Positions 1 through 9,270 of a DNA stretch of 64,000 bases are shown one piece after another. How positions within the stretch are numbered: position 1 is the first letter of the stretch; each line of letters begins with the position of its first letter. Source of the DNA: Prochlorococcus sp. AG-679-M23 (GTDB taxonomy: Bacteria > Cyanobacteriota > Cyanobacteriia > PCC-6307 > Cyanobiaceae); assembly GCA_003208875.1 (NCBI GenBank), contig QCUR01000001.1, forward strand, positions 64,001 to 128,000, written 5' to 3'. The notes under the pieces are model-generated. The model was not told where the DNA came from and searched no databases. It saw only the letters and a list, made by a program, of their open reading frames with translations. Both the position numbers and the translations under genes were made by a program.

Positions 1-363
1 GGTTCTGAATCAGAAGAACAAAATAATTTTATGGAAGAAATTAAAGAAGAAGAATTTATAGAAGAAGAAGAAGAAGAGTATGAAGAAGAACTTGAATATG
101 TAGAAATTAAAACTGCAAGAGAAAAAATAAATAATAAAAAACAACTTTATTTGGATAATGACTCCTCTGAACAATTAAACAATCAAACTGATGAAGAAAA
201 TACGACAGAATTTGCTGTTAAAAGGTCATCTATGTCTAATCGGGCTTCAAAGAGACCTATTCAAAGGTCACAAGAACCTTTAGATATTGAACCTGTTGAA
301 GAGAAAAAAATAGTTATAGAAAATCCTCAATCAGAATCCGTAGAAATTGATGATCCTTGGTAA
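1..363 (+). CDS. C-terminal acidic tail of a conserved cyanobacterial protein, probably PRC-barrel domain protein (5' truncated by window)
   Basis: Frame is open from base 1 to stop at 361-363; Glu-rich tail ending DDPW; identity inferred only from recalled synteny. Confidence 0.55.
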   Translation, partial: GSESEEQNNFMEEIKEEEFIEEEEEEYEEELEYVEIKTAREKINNKKQLYLDNDSSEQLNNQTDEENTTEFAVKRSSMSNRASKRPIQRSQEPLDIEPVEEKKIVIENPQSESVEIDDPW

Positions 364-374
364 TTATTTAGTAA

Positions 375-1643
375 TTAACTAAGTCTTTTGATCGAATTAA
401 AAATTATGTAAGCTAATTTTTTAACTGCACCAGTTTCCCCTCGTTGTTTTGATAAATTATCTTTTTGCTTTTTTAAATATTTTTTATTTTTTATCAGAAA
501 TATAGCTTCATTAGCGATTTGTTTTGGTGAAATCTTGCCTATTCTTTCTGGGATAATTAACTTATTAGCTTTTATATTTGGCCAAGCAAAAAATTTTTTC
601 TGCTTTAAGTGCCAATTTTTAATTAAAAAAGTGAAGAATTTATTGATAAAAGAAATTTTCCCAATTATTCCGAAGATACCGTCCCAAGCGTTCATTACAT
701 TCAAATGTTGAGTGGGTAGAATAACTATCATAGGTAAAGTAAGCGAAGCTAATTCTGCAGTATTTGCTCCAACTGTGGTAATTGCAAGATCACATTTTTT
801 TAGTACTTCATAGCAAGGATGTTTATTTATTAAATAAATTTTAGTATTATTTTTGGTTTCAATAACATAATCAAAAACGGAACTTTTAATTTGTTTAATT
901 TGTTTTATTTTGGAAGAATAATATTTTGTAATGGGATTTTTATTACTTTGAAAGAATAAATATTCGCTTGTACTTGTAGTTGGCGCTATGGGAATAATTA
1001 AATTAATATTTTTATTGTTTTTATGAATATGATCAGCCATTTCAAGAAAGAAAGGAATGCCTACTGTAAGCTTTGCTTTTTTAGAACCTGGTAGTAAAGC
1101 AATCCAATTTTTTTCTTCAAGATTTAAAGTAATTTCTTTTTTATTCGTAATGTCTGCCATTAAATCGCCAATAATTTTACATTTATATCTATATTTTGAT
1201 GGAATGCTTTTCTTGACGTTTTTATTCATTGCTGCAATTACATTGTTCCAACGTGGCCATCTTGAAATCCATTCAGCATATGTGATGTTGATATAACCTA
1301 ATCTTTTTGCTAACAAAACACTCCAAAATTGATCCCCTCCAAGAAAAATAACGATCCCTTTTTGAGGCCATTTTGCATATTGAGTAGGCCTGATTAATAA
1401 TTTCCAAAAAGTATTTGCTTCTGTAACTAATTCAAATTTGTGCCATGATTTTGCAACTTCATATTCTTTACCAGTAGCATTTGGACACGGTACTAAAACT
1501 AATCTTATGGAGAAATTCAGTTTATCAATATTTTTCGAATCATTATTTATCTTATTTAAATAATCCACTACAGGCTTTACCCACGTTGATAATTCCCCAG
1601 GCCCATTAGAAATAATTACAACTGCAATTGATTTTTTTTTCAT
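375..1643 (-). CDS. lpxB: Lipid-A-disaccharide synthase (LpxB)-like glycosyltransferase
   Basis: SNGPGE N-terminal motif, LLPGSK, TTVGANTAE; start moved to ATG at 1643 because the longer ORF (to 1709) overlaps tRNA-Leu. Confidence 0.75.
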   Translation of the reverse strand: MKKKSIAVVIISNGPGELSTWVKPVVDYLNKINNDSKNIDKLNFSIRLVLVPCPNATGKEYEVAKSWHKFELVTEANTFWKLLIRPTQYAKWPQKGIVIFLGGDQFWSVLLAKRLGYINITYAEWISRWPRWNNVIAAMNKNVKKSIPSKYRYKCKIIGDLMADITNKKEITLNLEEKNWIALLPGSKKAKLTVGIPFFLEMADHIHKNNKNINLIIPIAPTTSTSEYLFFQSNKNPITKYYSSKIKQIKQIKSSVFDYVIETKNNTKIYLINKHPCYEVLKKCDLAITTVGANTAELASLTLPMIVILPTQHLNVMNAWDGIFGIIGKISFINKFFTFLIKNWHLKQKKFFAWPNIKANKLIIPERIGKISPKQIANEAIFLIKNKKYLKKQKDNLSKQRGETGAVKKLAYIIFNSIKRLS

Positions 1644-1668
1644 TGCAGTTAATCCAAAATACATTAAA

Positions 1669-1750
1669 TGCGGACGGCGAGACTTGAACTCGCAAGGCCT
1701 AAGCCACACGCTCCTTAGACGTGCGCGTCTACCAATTCCGCCACGTCCGC
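1669..1750 (-). tRNA. tRNA-Leu (anticodon AAG)
   Basis: Minus strand GCGGACGTGGCGGAATTGGTAGACGCGCACGTCTAAGGAGCGTGTGGCTTAGGCCTTGCGAGTTCAAGTCTCGCCGTCCGCA; GCGGACG/CGTCCGC acceptor stem, CACGT-CTAAGGA-GCGTG anticodon arm, long variable arm, GTTCAA T-loop. Confidence 0.96.
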
Positions 1751-1803
1751 AAAGGGTTTTCGAGCACCAGCGGGTGTCTAAACTATAAAAATATCATACA
1801 TTA
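1710..1803 (-). repeat. Direct repeat copy 1 (promoter/leader + 5' half of tRNA-Leu)
   Basis: 1710-1765 matches 3364-3419 at 52/56; weaker similarity continues to ATACATTA at 1796-1803 and 3450-3457. Confidence 0.9.
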
Positions 1804-1861
1804 TTGACTGAAATTAGGGGTGCAGTCGACGCATCCGCCATATAAAGTAAAGTTTTTAGTT

Positions 1862-3154
1862 TTAGAATTTAAACGCTGCTTCAACCCCTATCGCAGTCCA
1901 ATCATAGAGATAAAATTCGACATCATCAGTAGTCGTTGTACTTGCATGATCAGTAGGCAATGTAATAGTAATTCCAGGCTTTATTTGTAGTGAATCGTTA
2001 ATATTATGTGTGTAGTAAAACTCCACATAACTTCCTATTTCATCGCCCGCAATTTTATTTTCATTCAAGTCTGGGATTTTATAGAATGGATATGTTCTCC
2101 AAGACGCTGAAAGTACTCCATTTTCTATTTCGTGATCTACGCCAAATTGAAAATCAGCAATATGATCAATATCTAATCCTATAGCTTCGACATCAACTAA
2201 GTTAGTCGTAGCACTTAAGGTAGTTCTATTTGTAGGTCTCCAATAACCTCCAATCGAAGTATTTATATATCCTTCATCAAGTGGTCCTGTAATTCCTAAT
2301 TCATTGCACGCATCTGTAACTAAATTATCAACAAGATTACATAGGGAATCTGATTTAGAGTATATAATTCCACCTCCGAAATTTGTGGCGTCATATCCTA
2401 AAGAAAGGGTTAATACATCTATCCCCTCTTTTGTTAAAAATCCAGAACGAGTTGAGGCACCAGTACCAATAATACTTCCAGATAGATTGAGCCCGTTATC
2501 GAATATTTTTGCTACTGCTATGCCAGAACCCGTACCTTGAGTTACATAGTAATTAGATTTAAGTCCAGAATAACCACCTAAGAAAAACTCATCTGAATAT
2601 GTAGATGTAGTAGTTGGCATTAAGTCATCAACATCTAGTAATGTTCCTGTTGCAATTTGCCAACTTCCTAAAGGAAATTGATAATAAAGCGATGTAACTT
2701 TTAGAGTATCACCGCCAGAGTTGGAGCTATCAAGAACAAAATTAGCCCCTGAGAAATCAGAACCTCCATTTCCAGCTTCTATACCAATATATAAATTATC
2801 TTCACCGTTAATACTGGTATTAAGATCGATATCATAAGCGTAAGTTGCAGTAACTGCCTCAGTTCTGTCGCCTTGCTCGACAGCGCCCACTTGAAAAGAA
2901 GCAGAGCCCCTCATAGTGGTTGTTTCAGAAAAAGAACCAGCTTCAAAAGTAGTTAATTGTATTTCTGATCTATCTAAATCTTTTTTAGTTACTTCAATTT
3001 CTTTAACAGGATTGAATTGGTGAATACTTCGAACTGCCTTTGATGAAGAGTAACTAGAAACTTCTATTAAATTAGTTTCACCTGCTGTGATGGATAATGG
3101 AGATAATAAACCTAATGCTGCTGGAGCTACCAACAAATTTCTGAAAAGTTTCAT
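1862..3154 (-). CDS. som: Som-type (OprB-like) outer membrane porin lacking SLH domain
   Basis: Signal peptide MKLFRNLLVAPAALGLL, FEAGSFSETTT motif, DLNTSINGEDNLYIGIEAGN, LYYQFP, C-terminal beta strand ending AFKF. Confidence 0.8.
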   Translation of the reverse strand: MKLFRNLLVAPAALGLLSPLSITAGETNLIEVSSYSSSKAVRSIHQFNPVKEIEVTKKDLDRSEIQLTTFEAGSFSETTTMRGSASFQVGAVEQGDRTEAVTATYAYDIDLNTSINGEDNLYIGIEAGNGGSDFSGANFVLDSSNSGGDTLKVTSLYYQFPLGSWQIATGTLLDVDDLMPTTTSTYSDEFFLGGYSGLKSNYYVTQGTGSGIAVAKIFDNGLNLSGSIIGTGASTRSGFLTKEGIDVLTLSLGYDATNFGGGIIYSKSDSLCNLVDNLVTDACNELGITGPLDEGYINTSIGGYWRPTNRTTLSATTNLVDVEAIGLDIDHIADFQFGVDHEIENGVLSASWRTYPFYKIPDLNENKIAGDEIGSYVEFYYTHNINDSLQIKPGITITLPTDHASTTTTDDVEFYLYDWTAIGVEAAFKF

Positions 3155-3363
3155 TAAATTTCACACACAAAATTTTAATAAGCATATTTTTACAAAATTC
3201 TTTCTAGAAAACTAGCACTTGTCTTCCAATCAAATTAAAAAAAGAAGGTTATTTTCCTCATCCGCCGTACGTATTCAACTGTTGCAGATGTGGATGGTTG
3301 AGAAATAATAAAGGGACTGGCGTTTTAATCTAATCCCTGTATGGGTGCATTATTTTTACGCCT

Positions 3364-3457
3364 GCTCCTTAGACGTGCGCCTCTACTAATTCCGCCAAGT
3401 CAGCAAAGGGTTTTCGAGCGCAAGGGTGTTCTTGAACCACTAAAACAAAATACATTA
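3364..3457 (-). pseudogene. Degenerate 5' half of tRNA-Leu(AAG) with leader (direct repeat copy 2)
   Basis: Matches tRNA nt 1-41 with 4 substitutions (tRNA nt 3, 7, 18, 24), ends just after the anticodon loop; 3' half absent. Confidence 0.85.
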
Positions 3458-3711
3458 ATCGCATTAATTTGCGATAATATTTTACAAATCTGCTAGGTTT
3501 TAATTCTTAAAACATTGGTTTTTAATTAACTAAGTTTTAAATACTAAATAATGACTAATTTTTTCTATTGCATAAATAAATAATTATCCACATATAACGT
3601 TTTAGGTTGTATTGTTAACCAATGCATTCTTGAAATTCAAAAATTTTATTGAATACTCTTTAAAGTATTTTCAATTTAAATTAATTTTTATTTCTTTAAT
3701 TTAATTTTGTA

Positions 3712-5061
3712 ATGGTTGAAAAAGTTTTAATTGCTAATCGTGGAGAAATAGCTTTACGAATTATCAGAAGTTGTAGAGAGCTTGATATTGCAACTGTTGC
3801 TGTTTATAGCACTGTAGATAAAAAGGCTTTGCATGTGCAATTAGCAGATGAAGCAGTTTGCGTTGGGGATTCACTAAGTAACAAGAGTTATTTAAATATT
3901 CCAAATATCTTAGCTGCTGCTACATCAAGAGGAGTTGATGCTATTCATCCTGGTTATGGTTTTCTTGCGGAGAATGATAAATTTGCAGAAATGTGTAACG
4001 ATCATGGCATAACTTTTATTGGTCCATCTCCCAATGCTATTAGATCAATGGGAGATAAATCTACTGCTAAAGAGACAATGGAGAGAGTCGGAGTACCAAC
4101 TGTTCCAGGAAGCAAAGGTTTATTGTCGAATGTTGAGGAGGCCTACGAAATGGCACAAGAGATTGGATATCCCGTAATAATAAAAGCTACAGCTGGAGGA
4201 GGAGGTAGAGGAATGAGATTGGTTGAAAATAAGGCTAACTTAGAAAAAATGTTTAAAGCAGCTCAAGGAGAAGCAGAAGCGGCATTTGGAAATGATGGTT
4301 TATATATGGAGAAATTTATAAAAAAGCCAAGACATGTAGAAATTCAAATCCTTGCTGACAGGTCAGGTAATGTGGTTCATCTAGGAGAGAGAGATTGTTC
4401 TGTACAAAGGAGACACCAAAAATTATTAGAAGAGTCTCCCAGTCCAGCTATAAACCATTCTCTTAGAAAAAAAATGGGTAATGCAGCCATTGCTGCTGCA
4501 AAAAGTATTAGTTATGAAGGGGCGGGAACTGTTGAATTTTTAGTAGATGATGATAATAATTTTTACTTTATGGAGATGAATACCAGGATTCAAGTGGAAC
4601 ACCCCGTAACTGAAATGGTTACTGGTGTTGATCTAATCGCTGAACAAATCAAAATAGCTGGAGGTGACAATTTAGGATTTACTCAAGACGATATTCAATT
4701 AAACGGTCATGCTATTGAATGCAGAATTAATGCTGAAGACCCCTCACATAATTTTCGCCCATCGCCCGGCAAAATAACTGGATGGCTGCCTCCAGGAGGG
4801 CCTGGAGTAAGGGTTGATAGTCATGTTTATACTGGTTATGAAATACCCCCATTTTATGATTCACTTATAGGTAAATTAATAGTCTGGGGTAAAGATCGTA
4901 ATACTGCTATTAAAAGAATGAATAGAGCTTTAAATGAATGTGCAGTAACAGGAATCCCAACAACAATTAACTTTCATTTATCTCTTCTCAATAAAAGAAA
5001 ATTTATGGAAGGCAAAATTCATACAAAATACGTTGAGGAAGAATTATTACCTAACTATTAA
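3712..5061 (+). CDS. accC: Acetyl-CoA carboxylase, biotin carboxylase subunit
   Basis: [42 protein letters not shown]. Confidence 0.98.
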   Translation: MVEKVLIANRGEIALRIIRSCRELDIATVAVYSTVDKKALHVQLADEAVCVGDSLSNKSYLNIPNILAAATSRGVDAIHPGYGFLAENDKFAEMCNDHGITFIGPSPNAIRSMGDKSTAKETMERVGVPTVPGSKGLLSNVEEAYEMAQEIGYPVIIKATAGGGGRGMRLVENKANLEKMFKAAQGEAEAAFGNDGLYMEKFIKKPRHVEIQILADRSGNVVHLGERDCSVQRRHQKLLEESPSPAINHSLRKKMGNAAIAAAKSISYEGAGTVEFLVDDDNNFYFMEMNTRIQVEHPVTEMVTGVDLIAEQIKIAGGDNLGFTQDDIQLNGHAIECRINAEDPSHNFRPSPGKITGWLPPGGPGVRVDSHVYTGYEIPPFYDSLIGKLIVWGKDRNTAIKRMNRALNECAVTGIPTTINFHLSLLNKRKFMEGKIHTKYVEEELLPNY

Positions 5062-5078
5062 TGAAATATGATACCTTC

Positions 5079-5384
5079 TTAACTTATACTCTGTTGGATA
5101 GCTAATTTGATTAAACCTTGTTGACCAACTAATATTTCTCTTAGAAAACTTATTATTCCTATCCAAATTACTGGACTAACATCGACGCCTCCAATGGGAG
5201 GAATCAATTTTCTTGTAAAGTTTAAAATAGAACTTGTTGGGATTGCAATTAATAACCAAAAACCTTTATTTAAATCAACTTTTGGGTACCAAGTTAATAT
5301 TAATCTTATTAAAAAGACTAAGGTTAGAAATGATAAAAGAATTCCTAGGGTAAGATCTAAAGCATGTAAATAATTTTGAGACAA
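5079..5384 (-). CDS. YggT/Ycf19 family membrane protein
   Basis: RLILTWYP...RKLIPPIGGVDVSP motif. Confidence 0.9.
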   Translation of the reverse strand: MSQNYLHALDLTLGILLSFLTLVFLIRLILTWYPKVDLNKGFWLLIAIPTSSILNFTRKLIPPIGGVDVSPVIWIGIISFLREILVGQQGLIKLAIQQSIS

Positions 5385-5474
5385 TGAAATAACAATTATT
5401 TAATCCATCTTAATAAATATCCCATAAGTTAGGATTTAATTCGTATTATAAATTCAGAATTTAATTTTAAAAAA

Positions 5475-5663
5475 GTGATTCAAATTTCAAATCTGATATT
5501 AGCGGCTGATGTTTCCCCAGAAGTGGCTGGTAGTTCTGGTTTTAATATGATAGCGAGTTTCTTCGCAGCAGCATTACTTATAGTTATTCCAGCAGCAGCT
5601 TTTTTGATCTTTGTTAGCCAAAAAGATTCACTTGAACGTACTTCAGCTACACGTAGACGCTAG
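5475..5663 (+). CDS. psbX: Photosystem II protein PsbX
   Basis: Single TM ending [18 protein letters not shown]; located between yggT and ycf66. Confidence 0.88.
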   Translation: MIQISNLILAADVSPEVAGSSGFNMIASFFAAALLIVIPAAAFLIFVSQKDSLERTSATRRR

Positions 5664-5741
5664 TTTTTATAAAAGTTTTAAGTAAACTATATATAAAGGT
5701 GTTTTATTGCACCTTGAAAAAATAAGTTTTGGAGAAAAAAA

Positions 5742-6674
5742 GTGGTCAATGCTAGTCTAAATTGGGCGAGTATTGTAGGCATCGTACTAGCTGTATGTGG
5801 GGGCGGCCTATATTTTTTGAGGTCATTTAAACCTGCGCTGGCAAGAGATTATGATGTTTTCTTTGCGGCAATAGGTCTTTTATGTGGAGGAATATTATTT
5901 TTTCAAGGATGGAGATTAGATCCTATTTTGCAATTTGGGCAGTTTTTGTTAGCAGGAACGACGGTATTCTTTGCATATGAAAGTGTTCGATTAAGAGGTG
6001 TTGCAACTGACCAAGCAAGAAGATCTTCTTATTTTGAAGATGATCAGATTCCAGATATGCCTAGAAATTCTTCTAGAAATAGATTTAATGAGGATTATGA
6101 TCAATTTGAAGATTCTGATAGACCTTCTAGAAGATTCAAACCTCAAGATGATGATTTAGAAGATGATTATATGGAAGGTAGATCGCAAAGGAGAAATATA
6201 TCGAGAACTATCCCTGAGTCTGCAGTAAGCAGGAGGCGTCCTTCTTTGAGAGATTCTAATCGATTTGAGAATGATGAACCTAAGAGAAGAAGAAATCAGC
6301 CTGAAGATAATCGGATGAGAAACGAGGATAGAAGAGGAAGTTTTGGAGAAAGAAGATCATCAAGAAGTGAAATCAAAAGAGGCTCTCGGCCATTATCTAA
6401 TCAAGAAGTTTCTAGAAAATCAAATAATACCTCTCTTAAGGATTCTTCTCCCTCCTCTAATAACACAACAAGATCATCTATAAGATCTCAGACTACAAGA
6501 GAAAAAGTAGAAGATGCATCATTTTCTTCCAATATAAATGAAGTAAAAAAGCCTCGTCAAACAAGAAGTACAGCTGCTAGTGCAAGATCAACCTCTAAAA
6601 ATAAAACTGGAAGATATACTGTAGGCACAAAAAAAAATAAACCCAGAGATAACAGCTCTAGATTTGATGACTAA
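5742..6674 (+). CDS. ycf66: Ycf66 family protein with long Arg/Ser-rich disordered tail
   Basis: LARDYDVFFAAIGLLCGGILFFQGWRLDPILQFGQFL. Confidence 0.92.
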   Translation: MVNASLNWASIVGIVLAVCGGGLYFLRSFKPALARDYDVFFAAIGLLCGGILFFQGWRLDPILQFGQFLLAGTTVFFAYESVRLRGVATDQARRSSYFEDDQIPDMPRNSSRNRFNEDYDQFEDSDRPSRRFKPQDDDLEDDYMEGRSQRRNISRTIPESAVSRRRPSLRDSNRFENDEPKRRRNQPEDNRMRNEDRRGSFGERRSSRSEIKRGSRPLSNQEVSRKSNNTSLKDSSPSSNNTTRSSIRSQTTREKVEDASFSSNINEVKKPRQTRSTAASARSTSKNKTGRYTVGTKKNKPRDNSSRFDD

Positions 6675-6908
6675 TTAAAATATCCCAGCCCAATTAAGAA
6701 ATGATTTTTGACTTATTAATTCAATTAAAATAATTGTTAAAAATCCAAGCATTGCAAATCTTCCATTTGTTATTTCTGAATAATTGCTCCATCCAAACTT
6801 ATATCTATCTTCAATTTCAATTGATTGCTCATCAATATTAATTTCTTCAGAATTTGTTTTTTCTACATCCATAGTTTCCTCATTATTTTGTTCTTGATTT
6901 GAATTCAT
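6675..6908 (-). CDS. hli: High-light-inducible protein (HLIP)
   Basis: FGWSNYSEITNGRFAMLGF (ExxNGRxAMxG). Confidence 0.92.
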   Translation of the reverse strand: MNSNQEQNNEETMDVEKTNSEEINIDEQSIEIEDRYKFGWSNYSEITNGRFAMLGFLTIILIELISQKSFLNWAGIF

Positions 6909-6917
6909 GATTTTAAT

Positions 6918-8900
6918 CTAATTTTTAAAATTATACTTATCTGTAGTAAATAATTTCCAGTCTCCTTTTCCATTTAATTCTAAAATGTTCTCATGAAAAT
7001 CCTTTAAACTAGGCCTATGTCCCACACTTATCAACGATAATTCTCTGTCTCTTAATAAATTATATAGTTTTTTTTCAGTTTTAATATCTAGTGCACTAGT
7101 AGCTTCATCTAACACAGCAAATCTCGGAGAATTGAGTAATAATCTGGCAAAGGCTAATCTTTGCTGCTCTCCTAATGAAAGTATTCTTGGCCAATCTTGT
7201 TTGACGTCAAGGTTGGGATATCTATCAACAATAGAATTTAAATTTACCTCATTAAGAACAGAAATTAAGTGGTCATCACTAAATTTGTCAACTTCTGTTG
7301 GATAACACAATTGTTCCCTTAAAGAACCCAATAGCATATAGGGTTTTTGAGGTATAAAAAGCAAATCACCTGTCTTTGGTTTTTTAATCGTTCCTTGATT
7401 GGGTTCCCATAATCCACTGATCATTCTTAATAAAGAGGTTTTGCCACAACCAGATGGGCCTACCACTAATAATGATTGATTTGTTTCTATACTCAGATTT
7501 AAGTTTTTGATAATAGCTTGATCAGATCCAGGCGGGAAAAGATCAGCATTGTTGATAAGGATAGAAGAATAATCAGAAATTATATTTTGATTGTCTATCG
7601 GCTTGGTTTGACTGATACTTTCAACTTTTGACTGAAAACCCTCTAATCTTCCAATTCCTGCTGTGAACTTTGCAAGTTCCTCTATTTGATTAACTATAAA
7701 AAATAACGAACCCTCTACCATCCCAAATGCAAAGCTTGCTTGAATAAATCGACCATAATCAATATCTCCTCTAAAGTAAGGAATTGCCATTATTAGATAT
7801 GGAAAGAAGTTGCCAGCATAATTAATAGAACGTCTCATTACATCAATAATTACTCTCCAAATTATTAGTAAGTTAAAGTTTCTTACCACTTCTCCCAATC
7901 TTCTCTCTGTTTCACTTTTTTCTGGTTTTTCACCCGAATAAAAAGCTATTGATTCAGCATTATCTCTAATATGAACTAATCCATATCTAAAGTCTGCCTC
8001 ATATCTAAGTTGATCGAAATCAATTTTTACAAGATTTTTTCCAGCAATTAATAAGATAGCAGTAGCAAATGCTGCGTATCCAAATAATGAAAAGGTTAAT
8101 GTTGTACTAATGCTCCATAGTATTAGAATGTTCAGAGAAAAAGTAAGAAGTGCATCAAAAACTCCCAAAGTAAAGGATAAGCTTTGACCAGTAAAAGCTC
8201 TGGTATCATCTGTTATTCGTTGGTCAGGATTATCTACATCTGTTTGTTCTTCATCATTAGGATTTAGTTGGTAGTATGCTTTATTAGTCATGTAGTCTTT
8301 AACTAAGCTTTTTGAAAGCCAATCTCTCCAAATTATTCCTAATTTATAAGTAAAGAATATTTGAGAAACCCGAATTGGGAGCGCTACAGCAAAGCAACAA
8401 GCATAGATTCCTAAAATCCTATAAAATCCATCTTGTTGTTTCTCTACTAAAGCATTTGTTAAGTCTCTAGCAATAAATCCTATTCCTGCATTAATTCCAT
8501 TTACTGCCAAAAGCATTAATACTATGACTGCTAGGAATAACCAATGTACCCATCTGCGATTCTTAAGTTGACGCCTTAAACTAAAAAAACTTCCTGAACC
8601 GATAAGAAATAATCCTGAAAACAATAATCCCCACCAGCCAGACCATATTGTATTAACAGTATTAACTACTCCTCCAAAATATTTATCAAGAAAAATAGGT
8701 TGAATGCTTTCAAAAAAACTAATTATGCCTGTAAGGCCTACAAGAACAATACCGCCTACGCAAAATAAAAGAGATATTAAAAGCCATATAAATTGAAAGC
8801 CATTACATTGATCAATCGGTAAGAAAAATGGTTGGGCTAATCTTCTTAACTTTTGTAGTTGATAAAATATTTTAGATTTATTTTGCACTACATTATTCAT
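6918..8900 (-). CDS. ABC transporter, fused permease/ATPase (ABCD/YddA-like)
   Basis: DNPDQRI, EADFR, NAESIAFY, GPSGCGKTS, LSLGEQQR, LDEATSALD. Confidence 0.93.
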   Translation of the reverse strand: MNNVVQNKSKIFYQLQKLRRLAQPFFLPIDQCNGFQFIWLLISLLFCVGGIVLVGLTGIISFFESIQPIFLDKYFGGVVNTVNTIWSGWWGLLFSGLFLIGSGSFFSLRRQLKNRRWVHWLFLAVIVLMLLAVNGINAGIGFIARDLTNALVEKQQDGFYRILGIYACCFAVALPIRVSQIFFTYKLGIIWRDWLSKSLVKDYMTNKAYYQLNPNDEEQTDVDNPDQRITDDTRAFTGQSLSFTLGVFDALLTFSLNILILWSISTTLTFSLFGYAAFATAILLIAGKNLVKIDFDQLRYEADFRYGLVHIRDNAESIAFYSGEKPEKSETERRLGEVVRNFNLLIIWRVIIDVMRRSINYAGNFFPYLIMAIPYFRGDIDYGRFIQASFAFGMVEGSLFFIVNQIEELAKFTAGIGRLEGFQSKVESISQTKPIDNQNIISDYSSILINNADLFPPGSDQAIIKNLNLSIETNQSLLVVGPSGCGKTSLLRMISGLWEPNQGTIKKPKTGDLLFIPQKPYMLLGSLREQLCYPTEVDKFSDDHLISVLNEVNLNSIVDRYPNLDVKQDWPRILSLGEQQRLAFARLLLNSPRFAVLDEATSALDIKTEKKLYNLLRDRELSLISVGHRPSLKDFHENILELNGKGDWKLFTTDKYNFKN

Positions 8901-8936
8901 ATTTTTTCTATATCTTTATAGTAGTAGATTATATCT

Positions 8937-9224
8937 TTATGAAGATGATTGACCAAATCCTATTAGAGAAAGTGCCCAATCAGGAAGGTTAAAATATGTT
9001 AATAATTTTAAATCAAATTCATGGACCTTAATAATCGACATATCCATAAGCCACCATATTAGAAAAGGTAAATTAAATAAAATCTGTAGTTGCCATTTGT
9101 AAGTTAATACTTTCCAAATTTTAGTTAAAACTAACTTCTGAGGTTCATCTAAACTCTCCCAATTTGAAGCAATTAGATCTAGTAAATTTTTAGATTTATT
9201 ATTAAGGGATTCTGGAGAATTCAT
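8937..9224 (-). CDS. Hypothetical membrane protein
   Basis: 95-aa ORF co-oriented in the def-HIT-ABC run. Confidence 0.7.
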   Translation of the reverse strand: MNSPESLNNKSKNLLDLIASNWESLDEPQKLVLTKIWKVLTYKWQLQILFNLPFLIWWLMDMSIIKVHEFDLKLLTYFNLPDWALSLIGFGQSSS

Positions 9225-9270
9225 GTTTAATTTTTCTTATTTATAGCTAAAAAGAAACTCTTTTGAGAGT

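Larger units (their letters stand above)
1710..3457. mobile_element. tRNA-Leu-associated mini genomic island/insertion carrying a porin gene, no integrase
   Basis: Flanked by direct repeats of the tRNA 5' half; lies between core genes lpxB/tRNA-Leu and accC; single cargo gene. Confidence 0.7.

Noticed and set aside
31..90. GAA trinucleotide runs
   Set aside because: They encode a poly-Glu tract; not a CRISPR or independent repeat
1644..1709. N-terminal extension MWLRPCEFKSRRPH of the lpxB-like ORF
   Set aside because: It is the translated 3' half of tRNA-Leu; ATG 1643 is the plausible start
1818..1836. GGGTGC-AGTCGAC-GCATCC hairpin as porin terminator
   Set aside because: Pairs fully only on the plus strand; has an A-C mismatch and no U tract on the porin strand
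3458..3475. ATCGCA-TTAATT-TGCGAT palindrome at the island edge
   Set aside because: Only 6-bp arms, no second copy seen; cannot be told from chance
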